This document shows positions 20,840 to 30,410 of a stretch of DNA of 64,000 bases, piece by piece. The stretch's first letter is position 1. Every line of letters begins with the position of its first letter. The position numbers were made by a program, and so were the translations under genes. The notes under the pieces are model-generated. The model was not told the origin of the DNA and made no database searches. It saw nothing but the letters and a program-made list of their open reading frames with translations. Source of the stretch: Candidatus Thorarchaeota archaeon (GTDB taxonomy: Archaea; Asgardarchaeota; Thorarchaeia; Thorarchaeales; Thorarchaeaceae); contig JAWOEX010000013.1 of NCBI GenBank assembly GCA_046482545.1, positions 52,318 to 116,317 on the forward strand, in the 5' to 3' direction.

Positions 20840-20971
20840 CATTGGTTTATCGCGAACATACCAAAGTAGACAGCTCAGCCACTTTGGAGATGAATACAGC
20901 TTCTACAGTACTATCTTCAATTACCCCATGTCTTCGAAAAAATCCATATCACCCGTATATTTTTATGGGAC

Positions 20972-20989
20972 TATTAACTATAGTAAATT
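20972..20989. promoter_or_regulatory. palindromic operator TATTAACTATAGTAAATT (site A2)
   Basis: Identical core to 14803-14819; lies between the TTTTTAT box and the hemerythrin RBS. Confidence 0.7.
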
Positions 20990-21001
20990 GAGGTAAATGA
21001 A

Positions 21002-21547
21002 TTGGTTCAACCTATTGGTCCGCTGATGATAGAACATAGGCTAATCGAACGGATGATTTCAGCGATGAGAAAGGAGAGCAGACGACTCGATCAGGGCGAG
21101 GAACCCAATCTGTCTTTCATAGATACAGCTGTAGATTTTGTTCAAACGTACGCAGATGCATGTCATCATGGAAAGGAAGAAGATATTCTATTCAGGGCAT
21201 TGGAATCAGTAGCAATGGATGCGGACGATGAGAAGATCAAGAATGAACTCATTGAGGAACATGAGTGGGCAAGGAAAAAGACCTCCAGTTTGGTCAAAGC
21301 AAAGGAAGATTATCTGAACGGGGATAAGAATGCCCCTTCTCGGATGATTACAATTATGGAGGAACTGGTTGATTTCTACCCGAAGCATATAGAAAAAGAG
21401 GACAAGGATTTCTTCCGAGCTGCTATGAAATATCTCGACACGGACCATCAGGAGGAGATACTAGAAGAAGAGTACGAATTCGACAGGAAATTCACACATA
21501 TGCTTTACAAAGACATAGTCTCAGATATCGAGGAGCACTATAAGTAA
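21002..21547 (+). CDS. hemerythrin-domain protein
   Basis: EH, HHGKEE, EEH and HIEKED ligands. Confidence 0.9.
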   Translation: MVQPIGPLMIEHRLIERMISAMRKESRRLDQGEEPNLSFIDTAVDFVQTYADACHHGKEEDILFRALESVAMDADDEKIKNELIEEHEWARKKTSSLVKAKEDYLNGDKNAPSRMITIMEELVDFYPKHIEKEDKDFFRAAMKYLDTDHQEEILEEEYEFDRKFTHMLYKDIVSDIEEHYK

Positions 21548-21638
21548 TCAATAGGATTACTGACGCCGGCAAAATGAAAGGGGCGATTCTATCTAGAATA
21601 TCCTCCTTACCCCTTCCATCTCTCTTGTCAACTTCAGC

Positions 21639-22835
21639 TCAGTCCAAGAGCCGCTTTTGACCTTCTATTTCTTTGACTTTCGTGATATCTTGGGTTACCT
21701 CCAAACAACCCAAGTACTCATCACTCGCGTTTCTCACGGCAAAATACCTAATGTATATGAGTCGCTCTCCAAGATTGATCCAGAATTTCGCTGAGTCGCG
21801 TTCGTTGTTCTTGAAGTCCTCCAGTATCTTGTTAACAACATGAACGCTTTTCTTCGGATGACAGTTCTGTACTTCACGTCCAATTACGGCTTTTGATCGT
21901 ACGAATATTCTCTCTCCTGATTCACTGAAGAAACGGACACGATCATCTTTATCGACAAACGTAATGTCAACCGGCAAAGAATTGAATATGCCTTGAATTT
22001 CTCCGAAAGTAAGGTTACCAGTTTCGAATTTAACCATTCCTTCCGGCGCTTTGGGTTCTTTTTCCACGGTAGGCTTCGGAGCTGTATAGTCTTCCACTTC
22101 CGGAGTGAAGCAGCAATAGCCTATCTCATCGAATTCAGTTCGGATTTCATGCCATTCTGTATCCTCCATAATCTCCATGGCTGTTGGAAAAAGAATGTTG
22201 TTTTCTTTGTCGAAATGCCCTCTAACAAATTCCGACAGTTCATCGCTCAACTCCTTGATTCTATCGCTATTATCAAGCAAGACTTGTCGATTCTCAGACA
22301 CTAGGCCGAAGAGTTCCTTTTCCAAGTCTCGTATATGGTCGTGTTCACTCCACATGATGGCGGGAGGTTCCTTTACACCATGTTTCTCAAGATATGGAAA
22401 CAGAACATTTTCTTCTCTGAGGTAGTGCTTCTCCGAATCCTCAAGATGGTGTATCATGTGTAGAAATTCAGACATTTCCTCTTCGTTAATTGTTCCCTGC
22501 ACCAATGAGCTTCCAAGATCACCCATCTTAGATAATGTCTCGAGCACCTGTCTATGTTCCTCCATCAGTATGTTGATGGGATGTCCCGAAGGTGCTAATT
22601 CTCTATCCGAATCCAGGGATTCTTTGAAGAGTTCGAGATGTATGTCACAGAGTTTCTGAATTCTTTCTCTAGGTAATCCTTCTTGAATAAGCTCCTCTTC
22701 TGCCATTGCAATCTCTCTGGGTGTGGCCTTTTGCAATAAATCTGAAAACTCAGCCTTTACATCTTCAGGATCATCCCCTTCGTGCAGTCGTTTGATGACC
22801 TTCCCCAGTGTTTTCTTTTTGTCACTTTGTTTCAT
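21639..22835 (-). CDS. DUF438-hemerythrin-PAS protein
   Basis: LCDIH, GHPI..LMEEH, HYLREEN, HFDKENN and C-terminal PAS (LPVDITFVD...NCHP). Confidence 0.9.
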   Translation of the reverse strand: MKQSDKKKTLGKVIKRLHEGDDPEDVKAEFSDLLQKATPREIAMAEEELIQEGLPRERIQKLCDIHLELFKESLDSDRELAPSGHPINILMEEHRQVLETLSKMGDLGSSLVQGTINEEEMSEFLHMIHHLEDSEKHYLREENVLFPYLEKHGVKEPPAIMWSEHDHIRDLEKELFGLVSENRQVLLDNSDRIKELSDELSEFVRGHFDKENNILFPTAMEIMEDTEWHEIRTEFDEIGYCCFTPEVEDYTAPKPTVEKEPKAPEGMVKFETGNLTFGEIQGIFNSLPVDITFVDKDDRVRFFSESGERIFVRSKAVIGREVQNCHPKKSVHVVNKILEDFKNNERDSAKFWINLGERLIYIRYFAVRNASDEYLGCLEVTQDITKVKEIEGQKRLLD

Positions 22836-22971
22836 AATTTCACCGGGGTGCCAATCTCCTACACTATAATAAGTATAGTAGTTTCCAAATGTATAGTAAG
22901 GTCTATTAGCGACCGTTCCAACATGCTAGTAGATGGTTTGGCAAAAACCCGGGATCAGGGATTGATAGAGA

Positions 22972-23379
22972 TTGCCCCAAAGGTCACAAGCAGACGTTGA
23001 GAAATGTCCCGTATTCATAGCTTCTCGAATCTTAGGAAGAAAGTGGGCAATTGTGATACTCCAAGAGCTCTTGACTCCGGAGGCCCGTGACGGTCTTCGG
23101 TTTAGTGAAATCCAGCGGAGAGTAGAGTGGATTACTCCTAAAGTTCTTACTACACGGCTAAGACAATTTGAGGATGAAGGCATAGTTCATCGAGAGGTTG
23201 ATGCATCCAGTATTCCCCCGAAGGTCTCATACTCACTAACAGAAAAGGGGCAGGGGCTTAGAGAGACAGTCCTCAGTATGCAAGCTTGGGGGCAAGAATT
23301 CGGCAAAAATGCAGTTGTCGAATGCACAGGAAGAGGATTTGCGGATTGTCACGAATGTGGAACGAGAAAAGATGACTGA
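22972..23379 (+). CDS. HxlR-family transcriptional regulator
   Basis: CPV...LGRKW, RFSEI, ITPKVLT.RLR, PPKVSYSLTEKG; C-terminal CxxC. Confidence 0.92.
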   Translation: MPQRSQADVEKCPVFIASRILGRKWAIVILQELLTPEARDGLRFSEIQRRVEWITPKVLTTRLRQFEDEGIVHREVDASSIPPKVSYSLTEKGQGLRETVLSMQAWGQEFGKNAVVECTGRGFADCHECGTRKDD

Positions 23380-23405
23380 TATCTGACCATTCGTGATACT
23401 AACCT

Positions 23406-25040
23406 CTAATCCAGAATGTTCTCTTCTTGAGTTAGTAGTATGTCAAGAGCTATATTATCCGCATGGTCACTGATTCTCTCAAGGTTGCGTAATGTTTCAA
23501 CATAGACAGTATCAGCTTCTGCCCGACATATGCCCTGAGATATCCGCTCATTGTGAGCGTTCCTAAGCCTCTTCTCTAATATGTCCACCTCGTCCTCCAT
23601 TTCTATAGTGTTTCTTGCAACAGTTGTATTCTTCGTCTCTAGAGCTTTGATGCCCTGCCGATAGGTCTGGGCAACCAATTGAAACATACCGCGAATATCG
23701 TCAATGGCCTGCTCTGAAAAAGAGATACTATTGCTCATTCGTTCAAGTGCAAACTCGCCGATGTTTTCACAAAGGTCTCCTACCCTCTCTATATCGGTAA
23801 GCATTGCTAACAATTTCATTCTCCAGATGGCATCCTCTTCGCTGAGCTCTTCTTCATGTATCTTGTCGAGGAATTCCTCGGTAGATCTACACCTCTCATC
23901 GACATCCTTTTCCATCAGCAAAACTTGTTTTGCATCGTCGTGATTCCTTTCAAGAAGCGCACTTTGTCCAAGCACTATCATTTCACCAGTGGCTTCAGCG
24001 ATTCTGTGCACTTCCCTTTCTGCTTCTCGAAGGGCGGCCTGAGGCATATTCAGCATTTCATCATCGAAGTAATGACGGCCGATTATCTCACCTTCCTTAT
24101 CTGGAATCAATCGCTCACAGAGTCTGACTAGAAGTCCGACAAAAGGCACGAAGATTAGGCTGACTAGAATATTGAAGATTGTGTGTGCATTTGCGATTTG
24201 CCTTGGTAGACTCGTTGCAGTAGTAGCCACCAAATGTGTAAAGGGCCTGATAAACGGAAAGAAAATAGCTACCCCAATCACGTTTATCAGGGCTTGGGCA
24301 ACAGCAGTTCGCTTTGCAGGTGTTGTAGCACCAATTCCAGCAATCAGCTCAAGGAAACAGGTTCCAATATTCGCTCCCATCATTAAAGCTACGCCCATAT
24401 CAAGCCCTATCAATCCTGCCGCTCCAAGGGCGATAGCAAGACTTGTAGTTGCGGAGCTGCTCTGAGTTGTTCCAGCTATTGCTGTACCTATGAGAATGCC
24501 CACAATTGGGACTGTACTATACGCATTAATCGCGTCCACAAAGAAACTGTTTTCAGGATTCTCAAGGATTGATTTCGCTCCGTTTTTCATAAATTCCATT
24601 GAAAGAAAAATGAGTCCGAGACTGAAAATCACTTTGAATATATGCTTTGATTTATCGCCAGGAGATAACGCCATTCCAAAGAAGCCAATGGCAAGCAACG
24701 GCCAGTAGAGAAAACCGATATCAAAAGAGACAATCTGGGCGGTCAATGTTGTCCCGATTTCTGAGCCCAGCATGACATTCACTGCCTGTCGAAATGACAT
24801 CATTCCTGCATTGACGAAACCAATCAGAGTAAGAGCGGTAACGCTAGAGCTCTGTGTCATGAATGTCGTAGCTGCACCTGTTCCCATTCCTCTAATTGGG
24901 TCGTTGCTTACTTTCTCTAGAATACTCGCAACTCTCTTCCCGGATAGCTTTCCCAGAGTTTCCCGGAGCAAGGTAATTGAAAACATAAACGTCGCGAGAC
25001 CACCAAGTATGATAAGCAGATTTTCGATGAGGGTTGACAT
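23406..25040 (-). CDS. Na+/phosphate cotransporter with PhoU domains
   Basis: Two QSSS repeats, GANIGT, DIERVGD and LERISDH. Confidence 0.92.
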   Translation of the reverse strand: MSTLIENLLIILGGLATFMFSITLLRETLGKLSGKRVASILEKVSNDPIRGMGTGAATTFMTQSSSVTALTLIGFVNAGMMSFRQAVNVMLGSEIGTTLTAQIVSFDIGFLYWPLLAIGFFGMALSPGDKSKHIFKVIFSLGLIFLSMEFMKNGAKSILENPENSFFVDAINAYSTVPIVGILIGTAIAGTTQSSSATTSLAIALGAAGLIGLDMGVALMMGANIGTCFLELIAGIGATTPAKRTAVAQALINVIGVAIFFPFIRPFTHLVATTATSLPRQIANAHTIFNILVSLIFVPFVGLLVRLCERLIPDKEGEIIGRHYFDDEMLNMPQAALREAEREVHRIAEATGEMIVLGQSALLERNHDDAKQVLLMEKDVDERCRSTEEFLDKIHEEELSEEDAIWRMKLLAMLTDIERVGDLCENIGEFALERMSNSISFSEQAIDDIRGMFQLVAQTYRQGIKALETKNTTVARNTIEMEDEVDILEKRLRNAHNERISQGICRAEADTVYVETLRNLERISDHADNIALDILLTQEENILD

Positions 25041-25385
25041 TCTGTTTGACTCAGCTATGCCTCCGGTATATGAAGGTTCTCTCGGTTTTTATATGGAGAT
25101 GCAATCAATTTTCAAGCTCTTGGGAGAATAAGTACAATTTCCCGTTGCCTGAGTTCAAGGTGGTTGAACAGCGTTCGGCCACCAAACTCAAGCATACTTT
25201 CGTGAACGATGGTTTCTACTCTCTACAGGGAATTTGTAGGCATCGCTCCATAGGAAATGAAGAAAAAATAGTAACTATTGAATACACTCAAGCCCTGCAC
25301 AATCAAAGAAATTACTTCTCTGACAACTTATGCAGCCTCTTTCGTAATGCTTGCTACAAGAGACTCCACCAGCGAACCCTTGCAA

Positions 25386-25433
25386 GGCTCGTCGGGTTGG
25401 GTCCACACGTTTACGACCCGACCGTCATCCGCC
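25386..25433 (-). promoter_or_regulatory. eukaryote-type SECIS element
   Basis: GGCGG-AUGAC-GGUCGGGUC-GUAAACGUGUG-GACCCAACC-CGAC-GAGCC: RUGA/GA core, helix II, apical AAA. Confidence 0.8.
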
Positions 25434-25577
25434 GCTGGTCTGGAGTTCCTTTCTGGCTAATTCGCGACCCTCATCGTCAACAATGACTAAGTGAGCGCCG
25501 CATGATAGTCAGCAGTCATAGCACCGCACAACCATCTCGAGGAGGTTGAGCAGGCCTTGATCGATTTCGTCTGTCAT
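25425..25577 (-). CDS. vhuU: VhuU-like selenoprotein (separate C-terminal peptide of a [NiFeSe]-hydrogenase large subunit), 50 aa, Sec at in-frame TGA 25509-25511
   Basis: MTDEIDQGLLNLLEMVVRCYDC-U-LSCGAHLVIVDDEGRELARKELQTSGG matches the VhuU pattern LNL.E.V.R.YDxUxSC.AH; GGTGAT RBS; SECIS follows. Confidence 0.9.
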
Positions 25578-25592
25578 TGTATCACCATATTA

Positions 25593-25752
25593 TGACCTGT
25601 TTCTTGCAGTTGAATGAGCTCGTGACTGCATAAAACTTCTGTGTTTCACCCTTCTCCTGCCCAGTGTCACCATCATGCCGAAGTGCCAACCTCAGTTGAA
25701 TAAAGGCTTTGTCCACATTCCCGGGAATGCTGTTCGTTCTGCAAGATTGTAG
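25593..25752 (-). mobile_element. 5'-truncated omegaRNA-derived element, copy 3
   Basis: GTGGACAAAGCC...GGTGAAACACAGAAGTTTTATGCAG...CAACTGCAAGAAACAGGTCA; abuts the vhuU RBS. Confidence 0.85.
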
Positions 25753-25886
25753 CTGACTGTTATTACCATCTTCTTTTCTTTCTTCCGAAGATAGACAACT
25801 GGGATGGCGACTAAAGAAGACAACACTTTATATGTTTCGAGACTATGCTTCTTGCGTTAGGATACCAGCATTATGAAGGGATTGTT

Positions 25887-26126
25887 ATGATAGTCGCTTT
25901 CGTTATGGCCAAGGTTGAATCAGCAAAAACACGTAGTGTGCTTGAAAGTGTGAAGAAATTCGAACAGGTTCAAGAGGCCTATGTCATTTATGGGGCCTAC
26001 GATCTCATCATCCAAGGCCAGTTCGAATCACCCGAAGCGCTCAGTTCATTTGTTGTGGATGAACTCCGTAAGATTGATGGTGTGAAAGATACAGTCACCA
26101 ACGTTGCGGCCTCTTCTGCATCCTAA
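25887..26126 (+). CDS. Lrp/AsnC ligand-binding (RAM) domain protein
   Basis: EAYVIYGAYDLI...LRKIDGVKDTVT. Confidence 0.88.
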   Translation: MIVAFVMAKVESAKTRSVLESVKKFEQVQEAYVIYGAYDLIIQGQFESPEALSSFVVDELRKIDGVKDTVTNVAASSAS

Positions 26127-26246
26127 TACTGGGAATATTCCATAAAGACTGGAGAATCCCTTCAGCTAGAACAGATGAGCCTAGATTTCAAGAACTTGTA
26201 TTGCTCCTATGAGACTCATTACCATCTCGTTTGAGAGCAACGACTG

Positions 26247-28133
26247 CTACCAGAGACCTGTTTTCTCCATTTCCTCTTCAAGAGACAGGCGCTTTAGTGT
26301 CTCCTTGGTAGGGAGCCCAGTCTCAGGATTCCAGCCTCTTTCGTGATAATACTCCTCGAGCATATCGTCTAATTCCACAGTTTGCCCTTTCGACGGACCG
26401 GTAGGTGCTGCTTGCTCTGTGAGCCTCTTGGGAAGATTATCATCTGCTCTTCTTATCCCCCGCACGGCATTGAACAGACGATTGACATTGACTATCCTTT
26501 CTCCTATCTCTTTCAAATCATCAACTGAGAGATTCAGTCCGTTGTGAATCCGCAGAGCTTTCGTGATATCGTCATAGAAGAATTCTGGCGGTATTTGTGT
26601 CCCATATTTGCAGAGGCCTACGCTTTCGACAACGACCATGTAGTCCTCGCACTCTTTGACCATGATGCCTTTGTACTTTGGATTGAGTCTATCAGTCATT
26701 TCGGGCAGATACTCTTCACCGAAACGTTCTCTGATTTCATCATCGAATCCGGCCTCATCAAGCACAGGGAATGCGTACAGATGGTCCGCTCCCCTTGCTG
26801 CAGTAGCAGCTGCTAAACCCATGGATTTCTGTGCTCGTGGTTCCTGTCCAGCTATTTCCTGTCTCTTAACAGCCATAACAAATTTCTCGGTTTCTCTACC
26901 AACCTTTTCAGCAGCCTTAGCGCTTCCTTCGGCCAACACATCACCAAATCCTTCTCTATGGGCTATCATCTCTATGAGCCTGATTATGGCTTCATGATTG
27001 CCCCACGAAAGGTCGATACCTCCTGTGTCTTCTTCTGTTAGCAAACCTTCATCCCATACTTCCATTGCCCATGAGATAGTACCACCAAGAGATATTGTGT
27101 CCATACCGTATTTGTTAGCAAGGTGATGCCCGAAAAGAACTGACTCTACATTTTCATTTCCACATCTGGATCCCAGCGATGATTGGGTCTCAAATTCAGG
27201 AGAGCCTCCAGCGAATTTGTATCCCCCTTCCCGAACTGCAGTCACCCGGCCACACCGCTGCAGACAACACCAATCTGCCCTCGCCTTTACCAGATAGTCA
27301 TCGTAGATTGTCTGTCCGCTTATCTTTTTGTATCCGTCAAATACACCCTGACGGAAATTGTAGGTTGGCAACCGCCCGATCTCTTGCATCATCTCGATAA
27401 GATTAGTTGTGCCGTACTTTGCACGTTCTGGAGTGAAGGGGTTATCGAGCATTCTTTGATGGAACCGATCCATTTCATCGAGGTAATTCTCTGGATCTGC
27501 CACATCGATTTTGCCTGTTCCTCGCACACTGATTGCTTTGATTTTCTTGAAACCCATCACTGCTCCAAGACCTGATCTGGCTGATGCTCGGTCTCTGTCA
27601 TTCATGATGGCAGCGAACCGAACGAGGTTTTCGCCTGCCGGTCCGATTGACAGTGTCTTGCAGTCCTTTCCGTGTTTTTTATGAAGCCATTCATCGGTTT
27701 CGAAGACGTCCTTACCCCAAATTGGCTTTGCATCAACGAGTGCAACATCATCATCCCGAATGCTGAGGTAAACTGGGTCTGGAGAGGCACCTGTGAAAAT
27801 GATGGCATCGTATCCTGCTAATTTCAGCTCTGGACCCCAGAATCCAGCTGCATGGCTTTCACCCCAAATTCCTGTAAGAGGCGACTGAGCCGCAACGACG
27901 TGCCTTGATGACTGTGGGAACATTGATCCTGTCAAAAGGCCAGTGGCTATCCCCAGTATGTTTTCCGAAGAAAGAGGGTCCGCATCAACCGGGATGCGGT
28001 CAAACAGTACCTTTGAGAGAAAACCAGCTCCGAAGAGGAATTTTTTGACCATCTTTTCGTCAATCGGGCGAGCATCGACTTCCTGTTCAGTAAGGTCAAT
28101 CCACAGTACTTTTCCACCTACACCCTTTATCAT
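26247..28133 (-). CDS. tungsten aldehyde:ferredoxin oxidoreductase family enzyme
   Basis: GPAGEN, GLGAVMG.KKIKAI, CCxxC, GMDTIS, YY..RGW. Confidence 0.92.
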   Translation of the reverse strand: MIKGVGGKVLWIDLTEQEVDARPIDEKMVKKFLFGAGFLSKVLFDRIPVDADPLSSENILGIATGLLTGSMFPQSSRHVVAAQSPLTGIWGESHAAGFWGPELKLAGYDAIIFTGASPDPVYLSIRDDDVALVDAKPIWGKDVFETDEWLHKKHGKDCKTLSIGPAGENLVRFAAIMNDRDRASARSGLGAVMGFKKIKAISVRGTGKIDVADPENYLDEMDRFHQRMLDNPFTPERAKYGTTNLIEMMQEIGRLPTYNFRQGVFDGYKKISGQTIYDDYLVKARADWCCLQRCGRVTAVREGGYKFAGGSPEFETQSSLGSRCGNENVESVLFGHHLANKYGMDTISLGGTISWAMEVWDEGLLTEEDTGGIDLSWGNHEAIIRLIEMIAHREGFGDVLAEGSAKAAEKVGRETEKFVMAVKRQEIAGQEPRAQKSMGLAAATAARGADHLYAFPVLDEAGFDDEIRERFGEEYLPEMTDRLNPKYKGIMVKECEDYMVVVESVGLCKYGTQIPPEFFYDDITKALRIHNGLNLSVDDLKEIGERIVNVNRLFNAVRGIRRADDNLPKRLTEQAAPTGPSKGQTVELDDMLEEYYHERGWNPETGLPTKETLKRLSLEEEMEKTGLW

Positions 28134-28621
28134 TAGTCATCCTCCTTTTGGTAGAGACTATCGGCATGTCTATCGTGAAGCGCAAGCATTTCGCCATCAG
28201 GATCTGTATGTGCAAGTTTCTCACGCGTGGTGATTTCGAGAGCATCAACGGGACATCGCTCGACGCATTCTCCACACTGAATACACTTGATTGCTTTTCC
28301 CGTATCAGGATTGATTTTAATTGCAGCATAAGGACAGGCGTCTATACAAATCCCGGTACCTGTGCATTTCGCCTGATTGATGATGACTGTCCCCTTCTTC
28401 GTACGGTTAATAGCACCCTCGGGACACGCATCGATACAAGGTGCATCCTCGCAATTCCTGCAGAAAAGTGCGAAATCAAGAGCTGGCTCTACTCGCAAAA
28501 CTCTCACACGGGACCTCGCTGGGCTGATAGTCTTGAAGAACCGCATACTACACACGTTCACGCAAATCATGCAGCCTGTACACACCCGTGGGTCGCATAT
28601 CACGAACTCTAGTTCACCCAA
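28133..28621 (-). CDS. 4Fe-4S dicluster electron-transfer subunit
   Basis: Four Cys clusters of DmsB/HydN type. Confidence 0.9.
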   Translation of the reverse strand: MGELEFVICDPRVCTGCMICVNVCSMRFFKTISPARSRVRVLRVEPALDFALFCRNCEDAPCIDACPEGAINRTKKGTVIINQAKCTGTGICIDACPYAAIKINPDTGKAIKCIQCGECVERCPVDALEITTREKLAHTDPDGEMLALHDRHADSLYQKEDD

Positions 28622-29996
28622 TGCCTGTTCCTCCTAGTTGCTTGTTAGAGAGCCCCATCTGCTGAAACTCTCCATGGCCAGGTTTGATGGTTGTTCTGTC
28701 CTCCTTGAAAACCATCTCCCCTCGTACAAAGGTCATCTCTGGGGCTCCTGTCATTTCGAGACCCTCATACAAAGTCCAGCCGCACTTGGAGAACATCATG
28801 TCTGGACCGATTTTCTCCTTCCTAGTTGGATTGACGATAACCAAGTCTGCATCAGAACCAATCCTCAGTACTCCCTTTTTGGGGTAGAGCCCGAAGATTC
28901 TGGCCGGGTTTCTTGAAGATACATGGAGCAGTTTTGAATAGGAAAGTCTTCCACTATTGATGCCTTCAGACAAGAGCACCCTTAGAATCATCTGCGTACC
29001 ATCAACTCCCGCCCATGCTTCCCTGATATCATTCGAACCCGCCTCTTTCTTCTCAATCGGACAGGGTGCATGATCACTGACAGTGATATCGATTGTGCCT
29101 CTGAGCAGGGCTGACCAAAGTGCGGCCTTATCGTGCTTGGTTCTGAGAGGGGGATTCATTTTGCTTTTGACCCCCAGTCTGTTCATCTGGTCTCGATGAA
29201 ACATTAGATGGTGGGGGCAAACCTCGGTGGTCACCATCACTCCATCTTTTCTCCCTTGCTCGATTTCTCTCAATCCTCGCCCAGTAGTCACATGTGCTAT
29301 GTGCAAGTGACCACCAGTCTTACGTGCGATATCTACAAGCTGGGAGATTGCCAGTTGCTCGGCTATACCTGGTCGCGCAAGTGAATGGCTTATTGGCGCA
29401 TCCCATTGCCCTTCCATGTCATCCTCGAATTCTCTGAGCACTCCCGGGTCTTCAGCATGCACAGTAATCTGAGCACCGTATTCGGATGCTTCGCTTAGGA
29501 GCCTCACCATGACACCCGCATCCGCTGGGAATGGCTCCCCAGTAAACGCCTTGAACGCAGCTACCCCCTCCTCGATTATGGGCTTGATTATCTTCACATT
29601 CTCAGAGTACATCATCCCTGCGGTAAATGAGAAATCAATGATGGACATGGACTCGCCAGCTTCAACCTTCTTCTGCAGCGCGTCAGGTGTGTCAACTTGG
29701 CTGACAAGAGGCATATCGATGACCGTAGTAATACCCCCTGCAGCAGCTGCCCGGGAGCCAGTGGTAAAGTCTTCATGACCTAACATTTCTGGATCATGAA
29801 TATGTGCATGAGCATCAATCAGTCCAGGCATCACAATATTACGTTCAGCGTCGATAACTTCCCTGGCCTGTGGAAGATGCTCGTCTGTTGCTATTGAGGA
29901 AATCTTGCCGTTAGTTACTGCAAGACCGCCTTGGGTTAATCCTGATTCCAGAAGAAGTCTGGCGTTCTTGATGACTAAGTCAGCTTCATTGCTCAA
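28614..29996 (-). CDS. cyclic amidohydrolase (allantoinase/dihydropyrimidinase/dihydroorotase family)
   Basis: DAHAH, AAAGGITT..DMP, KMNPPLR, SDHAP, GSDAD. Confidence 0.9.
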   Translation of the reverse strand: MSNEADLVIKNARLLLESGLTQGGLAVTNGKISSIATDEHLPQAREVIDAERNIVMPGLIDAHAHIHDPEMLGHEDFTTGSRAAAAGGITTVIDMPLVSQVDTPDALQKKVEAGESMSIIDFSFTAGMMYSENVKIIKPIIEEGVAAFKAFTGEPFPADAGVMVRLLSEASEYGAQITVHAEDPGVLREFEDDMEGQWDAPISHSLARPGIAEQLAISQLVDIARKTGGHLHIAHVTTGRGLREIEQGRKDGVMVTTEVCPHHLMFHRDQMNRLGVKSKMNPPLRTKHDKAALWSALLRGTIDITVSDHAPCPIEKKEAGSNDIREAWAGVDGTQMILRVLLSEGINSGRLSYSKLLHVSSRNPARIFGLYPKKGVLRIGSDADLVIVNPTRKEKIGPDMMFSKCGWTLYEGLEMTGAPEMTFVRGEMVFKEDRTTIKPGHGEFQQMGLSNKQLGGTGIG

Positions 29997-30313
29997 CTGG
30001 TTTTCACTCCATTTTTGCTTATGTGTACGCCTGTTCCGCCGCCAACGGGCGGGAATATTGCAACACGGTCTCCTTCTTCGAGGTGTGTGTTATACCCATC
30101 GAGAAGCTCAATCCGCTTTCCGTTTATCATACATGAGTAAAAACGCTTGAGGCGTCCGCTTTCTTCATCAATTGCAACTTCAAGGAACGGAGCTCCGAAC
30201 TTCTGCTTGAGCTTCTGAATCAGGTCATCGATGGTATCAGCTACCAACTCTACAGTTCCCGTGCCTGTTGCTTCTCTGACCGTAGCAAAGAACTTGACTG
30301 TGACTTTAGCCAT
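29993..30313 (-). CDS. MoaD/SAMP ubiquitin-like protein with C-terminal extension
   Basis: VKFFATVRE...INGK...LEEGDRVAIFPPVGGG followed by TGVHISKNGVKTS. Confidence 0.88.
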   Translation of the reverse strand: MAKVTVKFFATVREATGTGTVELVADTIDDLIQKLKQKFGAPFLEVAIDEESGRLKRFYSCMINGKRIELLDGYNTHLEEGDRVAIFPPVGGGTGVHISKNGVKTS

Positions 30314-30410
30314 TGAACACCATCCATCTTCTACATCTCTGAATAAGACATTTTAACCGTTCCTGATTGTCGGTCTATCTGAGCGGTATTCACCTTAGGA
30401 ATGACTTTCC

